A DNA stretch of 64,000 bases, from assembly GCA_050951805.1 (NCBI GenBank), contig JBMNJT010000002.1, positions 704,001-768,000 of the forward strand, written 5' to 3'. Both the position numbers and the translations under genes were made by a program. Origin of the DNA: Bacillota bacterium (GTDB lineage Bacteria; Bacillota; DTU025). This document shows positions 16,598 to 26,796 of this stretch, one piece after another. The notes under the pieces are model-generated. The model ran no database searches, was not told the DNA's origin, and saw only the letters and a program-made list of their open reading frames with translations. Position 1 is the first letter of the stretch, and each line of letters starts with the position of its first letter.

Positions 16598-17797
16598 GTG
16601 AGCGAGAAACGTCTTTTTACATCAGAATCAGTTACTGAAGGCCACCCGGATAAGGTTTGCGACCAGATCGCTGATGCTGTTCTCGACGCTATCCTCGAGA
16701 AGGATCCCTGGGCCAGAGTGGCCTGCGAGGTATGCGCTACCACAGGTCTTGTATTGGTTATGGGCGAGATAAGTTGCCACTGCTACGTGGAGATACCCGA
16801 GATTACACGGGAAACGATACGCGATATCGGGTACACCAGAGCAAAATTCGGATTTGACGGTGATACGTGTGCGGTCATTACGTCCATAGACCAGCAATCG
16901 CCGGATATCAGTCTTGGTGTTGACAGGGCGCTCGAGGTTAGAAGCTCGTGTGGGGGCGGCACACGAGGTGCGGATGAATGCGACCTAATTGGCGCTGGGG
17001 ACCAGGGTATGGTCTTCGGTTATGCCTCGCGCGAAACTGACGAGCTCATGCCTCTTCCCATAACTTTGTCGCACAACCTTGCCAGGCGGCTTGCTGAGAT
17101 CAGAAAGACCGGTGTAGTTGATTACCTAAGGCCGGATGGAAAAACACAGGTTACTGTGGAATACGAAAACGGGAGGCCGGTTCGGATCGATACGATCATA
17201 GTATCGGCTCAGCATGATGATGAGGTTTCCCAGGAAACGCTGACTTCCGGAATTATTGAATATGTTATAAAGCCCGTAATCCCAAGTGACCTGATGGATG
17301 CCGATACCCGGATCTTAGTAAATCCTACAGGCCGGTTCGAAAAGGGAGGACCATCTGCTGACTCGGGTCTCACTGGAAGGAAATTGATTGTTGATACGTA
17401 TGGCGGCATGGCAAGGCATGGGGGAGGCGCTCTGTCAGGCAAGGACCCCACCAAGGTGGACAGGTCTGCAGCTTATGCCGCGAGGCATGTGGCAAAGAAC
17501 CTCGTTGCCGCGGGTGTGGCCGACAAATGTGAGGTTCAGATTGCCTATGCGATAGGAGTCGCCCGCCCTGTATCGATTTCGGTGGACACTTATGGAACGG
17601 GTGCTATCCCAGATGAAAGGATAACCAGGATAGTGCGTGAGGTCTTTGACCTTCGACCTGAGGCGATAATACGCAAATTCGATCTGCGTCGCCCTATATA
17701 CAGGCAGGTTTCCGTATATGGCCACTTCGGAAGGCCCGACCTCGATCTGCCTTGGGAGGCGTTGGACATGGTTGAAGAGGTGCGTAAGCGCATGTAA
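16598..17797 (+). CDS. metK: S-adenosylmethionine synthetase
   Basis: [38 protein letters not shown] start at 16598 after GGAGGG. Confidence 0.98.
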   Translation: MSEKRLFTSESVTEGHPDKVCDQIADAVLDAILEKDPWARVACEVCATTGLVLVMGEISCHCYVEIPEITRETIRDIGYTRAKFGFDGDTCAVITSIDQQSPDISLGVDRALEVRSSCGGGTRGADECDLIGAGDQGMVFGYASRETDELMPLPITLSHNLARRLAEIRKTGVVDYLRPDGKTQVTVEYENGRPVRIDTIIVSAQHDDEVSQETLTSGIIEYVIKPVIPSDLMDADTRILVNPTGRFEKGGPSADSGLTGRKLIVDTYGGMARHGGGALSGKDPTKVDRSAAYAARHVAKNLVAAGVADKCEVQIAYAIGVARPVSISVDTYGTGAIPDERITRIVREVFDLRPEAIIRKFDLRRPIYRQVSVYGHFGRPDLDLPWEALDMVEEVRKRM

Positions 17798-17820
17798 GGC
17801 ATGCGCCTGCAATATTCGGT

Positions 17821-17854
17821 CACGACTGGGGGGCATGAGCGCTCCCCAGTCGTG
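17821..17854 (+). terminator. Hairpin after metK
   Basis: CACGACTGGGG ... CCCCAGTCGTG 11-bp stem; weak U-tract. Confidence 0.45.
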
Positions 17855-17883
17855 GTATTGGCACCGTGGTGAGGTGAACGAAG

Positions 17884-20052
17884 CTGGATCTTGTAGAGGG
17901 AATCATCGACAGGGTGACCTTCCGCGACGAGGATACTCTTTATACTGTGGCCCGCATTAGCACGGATAGCGGAATCATGACGGCCGTCGGTCCATTCAGC
18001 TCAGCCACGCCTGGCCAAGCTGTGAAGTTGACTGGAGACTGGGTTGTTCACAGGTCATATGGGCGCCAGTTCCGAGTCGCGAAGATGGAAGTAGTTGCGC
18101 CGGCTACTGTTGAGGGGATAGAGAAATATCTTGGCTCCGGGTTGATCCCCGGCATAGGACCTGTAACCGCGAAGAGAATCGTAGAGCATTTTGCCATGGA
18201 GACGTTAGAAGTCATCCAGTCCTGTCCTGACGCCCTGTTGAAAGTGCCGGGTATTGGCCCGAAACGTGCAGCGCAGATTGTGAAAGCCGTGGAAGAGCAT
18301 AAGTCTATTGAGAAAGTGATGGTCTTCCTACAGTCGCACGGGGTGAGCCCCACGTATGCTGCGAAGATTTACAAGCGTTACGGAGACGATGCTGTAGCGA
18401 TTGTTAGCAGAAACCCTTATCAACTTGCCGATGACATTTACGGGATAGGTTTTAAGACCGCCGATAAGATAGCGAGGGAGGTCGGGGTCGACAAGGATTC
18501 ACCATACCGCGTCAACTCGGGAATCAAGTACTGGCTGGCCAAGGCGGCAGATGATGGCCATTGCTACTCGGTGGCGGAGGATGTTATACGTGAGGTCGCA
18601 GCCGAGCTGGACGTTTCGGAGGACTTGGTTAAGCAGGGCCTTGGGGCCCTGGAGGAATCGGGCGAGGTATTCTGCGAGCGCGAATCGTCGGTATGGCTGG
18701 GCCCATTCTATCATTCTGAGCGTGGTGTTGCGAAACGCCTTTGGGAACTGAATCATGGCAGGATGTGGCAGTTAGATGCGCTATCCGATGAAGAACTCGG
18801 TCGGGCTCAGGCTGAGGCGGGATTAACCCTTGGAGCACAGCAAAAGCAGGCAATAGTCCGGGCTTTTCAATGCGGAGTCATGGTTCTTACCGGGGGCCCT
18901 GGAACCGGAAAGACTACTACCCTAAAGCTGATGATTGACCTTTTCGAAGGTAGGGGACTCCGTGTGATGCTGGCGGCGCCTACTGGAAGGGCTGCGAAGA
19001 GGCTTTCGGAAGCGAGCGGGAGACAGGCGAAGACTATACATAGGCTTTTGGAGTTTGAACCCGGCGAGGAGGGATGGCGTTTTGCACGGGGGGTATCGAG
19101 CCCGCTCGAGTGTGATGTGCTGATTGTGGATGAAATGTCTATGGTGGATATTCTTCTCATGAACAACATGCTGAAGGCTGTTAAACCTGGAACTAGGCTG
19201 ATTCTCGTTGGCGATGTCGATCAGCTTCCATCTGTGGGCCCTGGAAACGTGTTGCGAGACATCATTGCCTCCGGCGTGGTGGAGGTCGTCGTCTTGGATG
19301 AGGTTTTCAGGCAAGCTCCAGGAAGCATGATCGTTTCAAATGCGCACCGAATAAACCGGGGCGAATTTCCCCACCTCAGAGGCGCACGGGACTTCTTCTT
19401 TGTGGACAAGGAAGATCCTGAAGAGGTGGCTCAGGCCGTCGTTGATACGGTTAAATCGAGGCTTCCCAGGTATCTCAAGTGTAACCCTGTTGATGACATT
19501 CAGGTCCTCTCGCCTATGCGGCGAAGCGTCACCGGCGTCGACAATCTAAATGTACTCCTGCGAGATGCTCTGAACCCTGCGAGGCAAGGGGTATCCGAGC
19601 TAAGATACGGGGCTACGGTTTTCAGGCGTGGTGACAAGGTAATGCAGATTCGCAACAACTATGAGCGAAGGGTGTATAACGGTGATATGGGCCGGATCGT
19701 GTGGATCGATCCGGAGGAAGGCGAGGTTGTAGTCAGATATCCTGAAGCTGAAGGCGACCGTAATGTCACGTATCTCCAAGATGACCTGGACGAACTAGTC
19801 CTTTCCTACTGCGTGTCAGTGCACAAGAGTCAGGGGAGCGAATACACGGCGGTGGTCATTCCTGTCACCACTCAGCACTACGTTATGCTGCAACGGAATC
19901 TCATCTATACTGCGGTCACCAGAGCGAAGGAAGCTGTGGTTATGATAGGAACCAAGAGGGCGCTTGCAATCGGCATAAAGAATGCATCCCTGCTAAAAAG
20001 AAGGACAATGCTGGCTGAGAGACTTAGAGATCTGGCAGAGTCTACAGTATGA
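17884..20052 (+). CDS. recD2: ATP-dependent RecD-like DNA helicase (probable CTG start)
   Basis: HhH motifs GIGP, Walker A TGGPGTGKTT, APTGRAAKRL, VDEMSMVD, SVHKSQGSEY, RNLIYTAVTRAK. Confidence 0.93.
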   Translation: MDLVEGIIDRVTFRDEDTLYTVARISTDSGIMTAVGPFSSATPGQAVKLTGDWVVHRSYGRQFRVAKMEVVAPATVEGIEKYLGSGLIPGIGPVTAKRIVEHFAMETLEVIQSCPDALLKVPGIGPKRAAQIVKAVEEHKSIEKVMVFLQSHGVSPTYAAKIYKRYGDDAVAIVSRNPYQLADDIYGIGFKTADKIAREVGVDKDSPYRVNSGIKYWLAKAADDGHCYSVAEDVIREVAAELDVSEDLVKQGLGALEESGEVFCERESSVWLGPFYHSERGVAKRLWELNHGRMWQLDALSDEELGRAQAEAGLTLGAQQKQAIVRAFQCGVMVLTGGPGTGKTTTLKLMIDLFEGRGLRVMLAAPTGRAAKRLSEASGRQAKTIHRLLEFEPGEEGWRFARGVSSPLECDVLIVDEMSMVDILLMNNMLKAVKPGTRLILVGDVDQLPSVGPGNVLRDIIASGVVEVVVLDEVFRQAPGSMIVSNAHRINRGEFPHLRGARDFFFVDKEDPEEVAQAVVDTVKSRLPRYLKCNPVDDIQVLSPMRRSVTGVDNLNVLLRDALNPARQGVSELRYGATVFRRGDKVMQIRNNYERRVYNGDMGRIVWIDPEEGEVVVRYPEAEGDRNVTYLQDDLDELVLSYCVSVHKSQGSEYTAVVIPVTTQHYVMLQRNLIYTAVTRAKEAVVMIGTKRALAIGIKNASLLKRRTMLAERLRDLAESTV

Positions 20053-20115
20053 GAAGGAGACATGCTAGCAACAGATGGTGTTAGCCAGGATGATTTTGCC
20101 GCTTAATGGAGGACA

Positions 20116-21948
20116 ATGGTGGCCTATGCAGAAGCTAAATGGCATCATGATCTCCAGAGGTGGGCCGACGCCATGTTCCATTCTTACCTGATATTCTCCG
20201 AGCCCAAGGTTTGGGCTGGATTCGGGCCTTCGCCCGAGTTCGAATGGATGTTCTTGAACACGCGATCCCCGACCGACCTAGTAGTTCTCACGCCTCCCCT
20301 GCCTGTAGCCATTGCAGAGCTTGTGGCGCGCGAGCTGAATGCATCGATTCCCATTGATGCCCCGCCCGAGCGGGCATTGAAACGTGGGCGCCGCATAGTC
20401 AAGTCTGTTCTATCAGCTGTCGGATACGGCGGTCGGTCTCGTCTTCCGCGGCCGATGCTCCTGTCGGCGTCTTCATTTGATTCGTCTGTTCATGGATTAG
20501 ACTTGCCGCCGTCTGATGTCTTGAAGGCATGCATAGACGAACTGGGAGGCCGTGCGCTTTTAGACGAGGAGGCCAAACGGGCTCTGGCTGATGCAGGTCT
20601 GTGCGGTCTGGACCGTGCGGACCATCTGCTGGGTGCCATGGTTTTGGACGGCAATGCCACAATCCTCCCAGGAGTGGGCATAACCAGCATCGGCGGCTTC
20701 AAATGCAACAGATGCGGTTCCAGAGGGCCCTTTCTTCAACTTCCATGTGCCAGATGCGGCAGAGACATTTGTGCAGTCTGTTCGGAGTGCAGGAATATGG
20801 GAATTGTTAGAGAGTGTACGCCTATCTATCTTGTCAACCCGCCTTACGTTGGCACCTCAATCATCGGGTCAGTTGCCGACAAGGCGAATATGGTAATGCC
20901 GCACGCGCTTACTCCTGCTCAGGTAGATGCTGCTCGGGCCCTTGTGGAATGGTACGAGACGGACGAATCCCTTGAGGCTATTGTGTGGGCAGTATGTGGC
21001 GCAGGAAAAACCGAAGTCTCGTACGGCCTAATCGCTGCTGCCCTGCAGGCAGGCAAGCGTGTGGCATACGCGGCGCCGCGCAGAGACGTAGTGGCAGAGC
21101 TGTCTCCGCGCATACAGTCGGCCTTTCCAGCGGCTCGGTGCGGCGTCTTCTATGGAGGCTCTTCAGAACGGTATTTCGGAGCCGACATAACTCTTCTCAC
21201 CACCCACCAGGCGATGCGATTTTACGGAGTTTTCGACCTAGTGATAATAGATGAAGCGGATGCGTTCCCATATTACGGCTCTGAAGCGCTTGCCGCTTCG
21301 GTCGACAGGTCATTGGCCTTTGGCGGACGTACGGTGGTGCTCACGGCCACGCCGTCTTTAGGGCACATAGCCAGAATAAAGGCGGGTACTCTGCCCTGTT
21401 TCAAGATATCGGCGCGTCATCATGGTCATCCTCTGCCAATGCCTGTGGTGATCGAGATGGGGGACAAGCCCCAGGAACCTGTCGTTGCCGAACTTGCTAC
21501 AGCTAGTCTCGAACGAGGATGCCCGGTCTTGGTTTTCGTTCCCACACGCCATCGTGCCCCAGAAGTGGCGGAATATCTATCTCAAACTGTGCCAGATGCG
21601 AGGACAAAGTGGGTCCATTCAGGCGATGCAATGCGCGACAGCAAAAGGAGAATGTTGGCAGAAGGTGAATGTGAAGTTCTGGTTAGCACATCGGTGATGG
21701 AAAGGGGCATTACAGTAGACGGGGTCGATGTAATAGTGGCTGACGCGGATTGGGAGACTGTCTTCGACTGCAGGGCGCTTGTGCAGATGGCTGGGCGGGT
21801 AGGGAGGACGGCATCGAATCCGACAGGGAGTGTGTGGTTCACGTGCTCAAGGGAGAACAGGCAGATTCAGGCTGCGCGGGAGATGATTGACGAAATGAAC
21901 CGGGATGCGGCGTCCCGGGGCTTCTTAAATGCTGGGAGTGAGGTATGA
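20116..21948 (+). CDS. comFA: ComFA-like DEAD-box DNA-uptake helicase
   Basis: Zn-finger CNRC/CARC/CSEC, WAVCGAGKTE, PRRDVVAEL, IDEADAFPY, MERGIT, LVQMAGRVGR. Confidence 0.85.
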   Translation: MVAYAEAKWHHDLQRWADAMFHSYLIFSEPKVWAGFGPSPEFEWMFLNTRSPTDLVVLTPPLPVAIAELVARELNASIPIDAPPERALKRGRRIVKSVLSAVGYGGRSRLPRPMLLSASSFDSSVHGLDLPPSDVLKACIDELGGRALLDEEAKRALADAGLCGLDRADHLLGAMVLDGNATILPGVGITSIGGFKCNRCGSRGPFLQLPCARCGRDICAVCSECRNMGIVRECTPIYLVNPPYVGTSIIGSVADKANMVMPHALTPAQVDAARALVEWYETDESLEAIVWAVCGAGKTEVSYGLIAAALQAGKRVAYAAPRRDVVAELSPRIQSAFPAARCGVFYGGSSERYFGADITLLTTHQAMRFYGVFDLVIIDEADAFPYYGSEALAASVDRSLAFGGRTVVLTATPSLGHIARIKAGTLPCFKISARHHGHPLPMPVVIEMGDKPQEPVVAELATASLERGCPVLVFVPTRHRAPEVAEYLSQTVPDARTKWVHSGDAMRDSKRRMLAEGECEVLVSTSVMERGITVDGVDVIVADADWETVFDCRALVQMAGRVGRTASNPTGSVWFTCSRENRQIQAAREMIDEMNRDAASRGFLNAGSEV

Positions 21949-21951
21949 AGC

Positions 21952-22755
21952 ATGATTCAGCTGTCACGCTTTCGGGATTTTGTGGACACAGTGCTGTTCG
22001 GAAGGGAGCTTCGTTGCGCGTCTTGTGGGCGGATAGCTGATAGAAGTGGAATGTGCAGCCAGTGCAAGGAAAGGATCGCTTATGTCCTTCCCCCCATCTG
22101 TTCGCTATGTGGTACTCCCCTCAGGCTGCTGGGGCCAAAAACACGAGGCGAACCTGCTTCAAACCCGGAGAATCAGGTATGTTCGGGATGTGCGATGACT
22201 CGGCACTACTTCGAGCGCGCAAGGGCTGTTGCAGTATATAATGGCGCGGCGCGGGATCACATTCATGAGCTGAAATACAGGGCGCGAACGGAACTCGTTG
22301 CGCCGCTTGCCCGAATGATGGCGGAGGTGGCTATCGGCGACGGGATGGCCGGGGAATGCCAGTGTGTAGTTCCGGTTCCGCTTCACCCCGAGAAGGCGGC
22401 TAGGCGCGGTTTCAACCAGGCTCAGCTGCTTGCAGAAGATGTGGGACGGCTCTTGGGGATTCCGTTGGAGGCCAAAGCCCTCCAACGTCAGCGAAGCGCG
22501 GGCAGCCAGACATTTTTGGATAGGCGTGATCGCCGAGCAAACGTGATACAGGCTTTCTTGTGCCCTTTTCCAGCTCTCGTTTCCCAACGCAATGTGCTTC
22601 TCGTAGATGACGTTCTGACTTCTGGCGCCACTGCTGACGGGTGTTCCAGGGCTCTCCTGATGGCCGGGGCGGCGAAAGTATACGTTCTGACATTTGGCGT
22701 GTCAGTGGCGGATGAGAGGGATTGGTTTGAGGCTCCGGGAAGCAGCCGAGCATGA
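21952..22755 (+). CDS. comFC: ComF-family protein (double zinc ribbon + PRTase)
   Basis: CxxC pairs, VPVPLH....RRGFNQA, LLVDDVLTSGAT. Confidence 0.9.
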   Translation: MIQLSRFRDFVDTVLFGRELRCASCGRIADRSGMCSQCKERIAYVLPPICSLCGTPLRLLGPKTRGEPASNPENQVCSGCAMTRHYFERARAVAVYNGAARDHIHELKYRARTELVAPLARMMAEVAIGDGMAGECQCVVPVPLHPEKAARRGFNQAQLLAEDVGRLLGIPLEAKALQRQRSAGSQTFLDRRDRRANVIQAFLCPFPALVSQRNVLLVDDVLTSGATADGCSRALLMAGAAKVYVLTFGVSVADERDWFEAPGSSRA

Positions 22756-22989
22756 GGGTTACAGGCCTTACTTTCGAGTCCCTCTTTGAGGGGCACGGAG
22801 ATTAGGTCTTAGCAGTTCATCATGTCGAAGCGCAACTCAGATCGGAAAATGAACTGTGGGCGGTATTCTCTTTCCAGTATCAGATGGCTCCTGTCAATGC
22901 GGCCTTTTGCGATCGGCCCGAGCCTGGAGATCATAGCTGGTCTATCAGCGGCTAGCGGTGGCCAGTACTGGTTTTGGTTAAGACATTGG

Positions 22990-23019
22990 TTGCGCACAGG
23001 ACTTCTCAGGATATATAAT
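22990..23019 (+). promoter_or_regulatory. Sigma-A-type promoter for the P-type ATPase
   Basis: TTGCGC-N18-TATAAT. Confidence 0.5.
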
Positions 23020-23233
23020 TAACTCCAAATCCAGCCGTGAGCGCGCGTATGGCGCGCAGATTGCTTTTGAACGCAGGCATCATCATGGTATTGGCAATTT
23101 CGGCATGAGGGTTTGTTGATCCAGTCAGGATGAGCGAGCCCGTCAACTCCGTTGCCATCAGTTTTTCTCAAGAGACGGTTGGCGCGGTGGCGGGCATAAT
23201 GTTATCTATAGACATGGTTATATGGAGGTATGA

Positions 23234-26017
23234 TTGTTGACACCGGATACGGCAAAACCGTGGCACGCAGTTGTTTATGGGGAAGCTCTCGTAGAACTAA
23301 GAACCTCGCGGCAAAGTGGGCTTTCGGATGAGGAGGTTAGGGCCAGGCTTGAAGAGTATGGCCCAAACATGTTGGCAGAGCCGCCGCGACGGACGATTTT
23401 CCAACAGTTCTTGGCGCAGTTCAAAGATTTCTTGGTGATTCTTCTCCTAATATCGGCTGGTGTGTCCGGAGTTGTGGGCGAAGTCGAGGATGCTTTAGTT
23501 ATCATTGCAATAGCCATAGTAAACGCCGTCATCGGGGTAATTCAGGAACAACGAGCGGAGAATGCGCTTGAAGCGCTGAAAAAGATGGCATCACCTAAGG
23601 CCAGAGTCATTAGGTCAGGTGAGCCGAGGGTTATTGACGCGTCGACTCTGGTTCCGGGCGACATAATCCTTATCGAGGCTGGTGACAGCGTTCCTGCAGA
23701 CGCGAGGCTCATCGAGTCCGGCATGTTGAAGGTGGATGAGTCGTCGCTTACGGGGGAGTCGGAACCTGTTGAGCTTTGTGCATCGGCGGTGTTGGGCGAA
23801 GATGCTCCGCTAGGCGACAGGGTGAACATGGTTTACATGGGCAGTTCTGTGTCGTACGGAAGAGGCGTTGCAGTCGTAGTGTCCACTGGAATGTCTACTG
23901 AGATGGGGAAGATCGCTGCCCTTCTGCAGGAAGGCAAGGACGAGCCCACCCCTCTCCAAGTCAAACTTGAAGCGGTTGGGAAGAAGCTGGGAATCGCAGC
24001 TGTTCTGTTGTGCGTTGGGGTTTTTGCCGCTGGTGTTTTCCGAGGAGAGGCCGCTTTCGAAATGTTTCTGACAGCAGTGAGCCTGGCAGTTGCTGCCATA
24101 CCTGAGGGCCTTCCTGCTATAGTAACAATAGTGCTTTCCATAGGAGTTCAAAGAATGGCGGCTAAGAACGCAATTATAAGACATCTTCCTGCAGTAGAGA
24201 CATTGGGAAGCGCCGATGTAATCTGCTCTGACAAGACGGGGACATTGACCACCAATCAGATGACGGTTAGGAGGGTCTACGTGCCCGGCAGGGTTCTGGA
24301 GGTCAGCGGGGATGGATATTCCGCTGAGGGAGCATTCATAGAATCAGGCACAGAGATAGATGTTTCTGAGGATCCCTCAATCACGCGGATGCTTGCGAGC
24401 GCGGTGTTGTGCAATGATGCTAGGGTGAGATCTGTCGAGATAGAAACTTTTGGGAGTGAGGAAAGTCTTGATGACTCGCCCGTTAGGCTGGAGATGATCG
24501 GCGATCCCACAGAGGGGGCGATAGTCGTTGCGGGCCTCAAAGCCGGAGTCGACAAAGTTAACCTGACCCAGTGGGCGCCTAGGATAGAGGAGCTGCCATT
24601 TGAATCTGAAAGGAAACGGATGACCACCATTCATCGACTTCCCGAAGCCTATCTCAGTTGTACTAAGGGTGCGCCTGATGAACTACTTAAAGTTTGCTCT
24701 TCAGTATATGATGGGACGGAGATAATCCCGCTTACTGAGGCTTTGCGTGAGGAGATCCGTAGAGTCAACGCCGAGATGGCCTCATCTGCCCTTCGGGTGT
24801 TAGCGGTGGCTCAAAGAGAATTCGACGAGCTGCCCCCAAAGATCAGCGTAGACACTATCGAGAATGGCCTCGTTTTTCTTGGCTTAATTGGCATGCAGGA
24901 TCCGCCTCGGGCTGAAGCAAAAACCGCTGTTCAAGAATGCTTTGATGCCGGGATAACGCCGGTCATGATCACCGGGGATCATAAGGTGACGGCAGTTGCG
25001 GTGGCAAGAGACGTGGGGATCATGACGCCTGACACAATCGCTATCACCGGCGCCGAGCTTTCGCAGATGTCTAATGAGGAATTAGACGATGCCGTAGACC
25101 GAGTCAGGGTTTACGCCAGGGTTGCGCCTGAACACAAGGTTCGCATTGTTGACGCATGGAAACGCAAGGGACATATCGTAGCGATGACCGGTGACGGAGT
25201 CAATGACGCTCCAGCCTTGAAACGTGCCGATATTGGCGTGGCTATGGGTATTACAGGCACAGATGTCGCAAAGAGCGCGGCTGACATGATAATCACAGAC
25301 GACAACTTCGCCACGATAGTGACTGCGGTTCGCGAGGGTCGGGTGGTCTTTGATAACATAAAAAAGTCGGTGCAGTATCTGGTATCGTGCAACGTGGGAG
25401 AGATTATAGTAATATTTGCAGCTATCATGCTCGGGCTTCCCAGGCCACTGTTGCCTATTCAGATACTCTGGCTCAACTTGGTGACAGACGGTCTGCCAGC
25501 GCTGGCTCTTGGAGTTGATCCTCCGGCTCCTGATTTGATGAGGAGAAAGCCTCGCAGAGGAAACGATGATGTTTTGGGGCATGCGGCCGTCAGCAGGCTA
25601 GTTGTGTATGGGATATCAGTAGCGTTGCTGGGCCTGTCGTCGTTTGCCATGGGGCTTGGATGGCCCGGACCGCTCGATACGTCTGCGGCAAGTCTCGCGG
25701 AGGCTCGGACTATGTGTCTTCTTACTATGAGTTTCTGTCAGCTAGTTCACGCCTTCAATTTCAGATCGGAGCTTGATTCGTTGTTCAAGGTGGGGATGTT
25801 TGCCAACAGACGGCTAGTCATGGCTTTTGTTGCATCAGCCATACTACAGTTGGCAGTCGTGTACATGACGCCCATCCGCGGCTTCTTTGATCTTGTGGAT
25901 GTGCACGGGGAAAAGCTCGTTAACTCTCTGGCATTGGCTTTGATCATGCTAGTAGTTGGGGAGGTTACCAAATTCGTTTCCCGAGAAGTGAGCTGGCGAC
26001 GCGGCCACGAGGCGTGA
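23234..26017 (+). CDS. Calcium-translocating P-type ATPase (P2A/SERCA-like)
   Basis: TGES, AAIPEGLP, DKTGT, KGAP, TGDGVNDAPALK, SCNVGE, WLNLVTDGLPA. Confidence 0.93.
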   Translation: MLTPDTAKPWHAVVYGEALVELRTSRQSGLSDEEVRARLEEYGPNMLAEPPRRTIFQQFLAQFKDFLVILLLISAGVSGVVGEVEDALVIIAIAIVNAVIGVIQEQRAENALEALKKMASPKARVIRSGEPRVIDASTLVPGDIILIEAGDSVPADARLIESGMLKVDESSLTGESEPVELCASAVLGEDAPLGDRVNMVYMGSSVSYGRGVAVVVSTGMSTEMGKIAALLQEGKDEPTPLQVKLEAVGKKLGIAAVLLCVGVFAAGVFRGEAAFEMFLTAVSLAVAAIPEGLPAIVTIVLSIGVQRMAAKNAIIRHLPAVETLGSADVICSDKTGTLTTNQMTVRRVYVPGRVLEVSGDGYSAEGAFIESGTEIDVSEDPSITRMLASAVLCNDARVRSVEIETFGSEESLDDSPVRLEMIGDPTEGAIVVAGLKAGVDKVNLTQWAPRIEELPFESERKRMTTIHRLPEAYLSCTKGAPDELLKVCSSVYDGTEIIPLTEALREEIRRVNAEMASSALRVLAVAQREFDELPPKISVDTIENGLVFLGLIGMQDPPRAEAKTAVQECFDAGITPVMITGDHKVTAVAVARDVGIMTPDTIAITGAELSQMSNEELDDAVDRVRVYARVAPEHKVRIVDAWKRKGHIVAMTGDGVNDAPALKRADIGVAMGITGTDVAKSAADMIITDDNFATIVTAVREGRVVFDNIKKSVQYLVSCNVGEIIVIFAAIMLGLPRPLLPIQILWLNLVTDGLPALALGVDPPAPDLMRRKPRRGNDDVLGHAAVSRLVVYGISVALLGLSSFAMGLGWPGPLDTSAASLAEARTMCLLTMSFCQLVHAFNFRSELDSLFKVGMFANRRLVMAFVASAILQLAVVYMTPIRGFFDLVDVHGEKLVNSLALALIMLVVGEVTKFVSREVSWRRGHEA

Positions 26018-26080
26018 GAGCTTCGAGTGCTGTCACGGCTGAACGTCTGCATTGGAAGGACACGCATTTTTCCGACTGCC

Positions 26081-26107
26081 GCAGGATTTTTCCCACAAAG
26101 GGTGAAG
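26081..26107 (+). promoter_or_regulatory. Sigma-H-like promoter of hpf
   Basis: GCAGGA-N17-GAAG; hpf (yvyD) has a sigma-H promoter in B. subtilis. Confidence 0.55.
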
Positions 26108-26158
26108 TACTGAAGCAGCCGATGTGCGCCACAACTAGTTCGGAAGGGGCTGGTATGA

Positions 26159-26704
26159 ATGGAGATCACAGTTGTAGGTCGCAATATTGCTGTCACAGAT
26201 GCTCTACGGGCCTATGCTGAGAAGAAGGTTGATAAGCTCCAGAAGTACTTCGAGCGCGAGATTGTGGATGCTCAGGTTACCATGGCAGTTGAACGAGGCA
26301 TTCACACAGCGGACGTAACGATTCAAGTCGATGGTCTGCTGCTCCGTGGTGAAGAACGAACCGGTGACATGTATGCATCGATTGATGGCGCTGTGGACAA
26401 GATTGAAAGGCAGATAAGAAAGCACAAGACTAGAATAAACAGGAAGCTAAGGCAGGATGGCAATAGGCTGGTGGAATCCGCTGTCGGTCATGGGGCTGCT
26501 GCGGATGCGTCTGAACCCTCCGAGCTCAAAGTAGTCAGGGTTAAGAGATTTGCGATGAAACCCATGTCGGTTGAAGAGGCCATTATGCAGATGGAACTCT
26601 TGGGGCACGACTTTTTCGTTTTCATGGATGACTCCACTGAAGATGTGAATGTGGTCTACAAGCGCAAAGACGGGAACTATGGTTTGATAGAACCCGAATT
26701 CTAA
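26159..26704 (+). CDS. hpf: Ribosome hibernation promoting factor (long HPF/RaiA)
   Basis: GRNIAVTDALR.Y..KK, DMYASID...KIERQIRKHK, KPMSVEEAIMQMELLGHDFFVF, VVYKRKDGNYGLI. Confidence 0.96.
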   Translation: MEITVVGRNIAVTDALRAYAEKKVDKLQKYFEREIVDAQVTMAVERGIHTADVTIQVDGLLLRGEERTGDMYASIDGAVDKIERQIRKHKTRINRKLRQDGNRLVESAVGHGAAADASEPSELKVVRVKRFAMKPMSVEEAIMQMELLGHDFFVFMDDSTEDVNVVYKRKDGNYGLIEPEF

Positions 26705-26796
26705 ACCGCGCGGGGATTCTGCGTAGCGGGGCGGTGCATATTGCATCGCCCCCGATATATTTGGAAGTCATTTGGCGTGTGACGGGGGTGGTCATC

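Noticed and set aside
23020-23233. yybP-ykoY, M-box or NiCo riboswitch call
   Set aside because: Core consensus segments (e.g. GGGGAGTAGC; TAGGTGAGGCT) are not visible; kept only as an unassigned leader.
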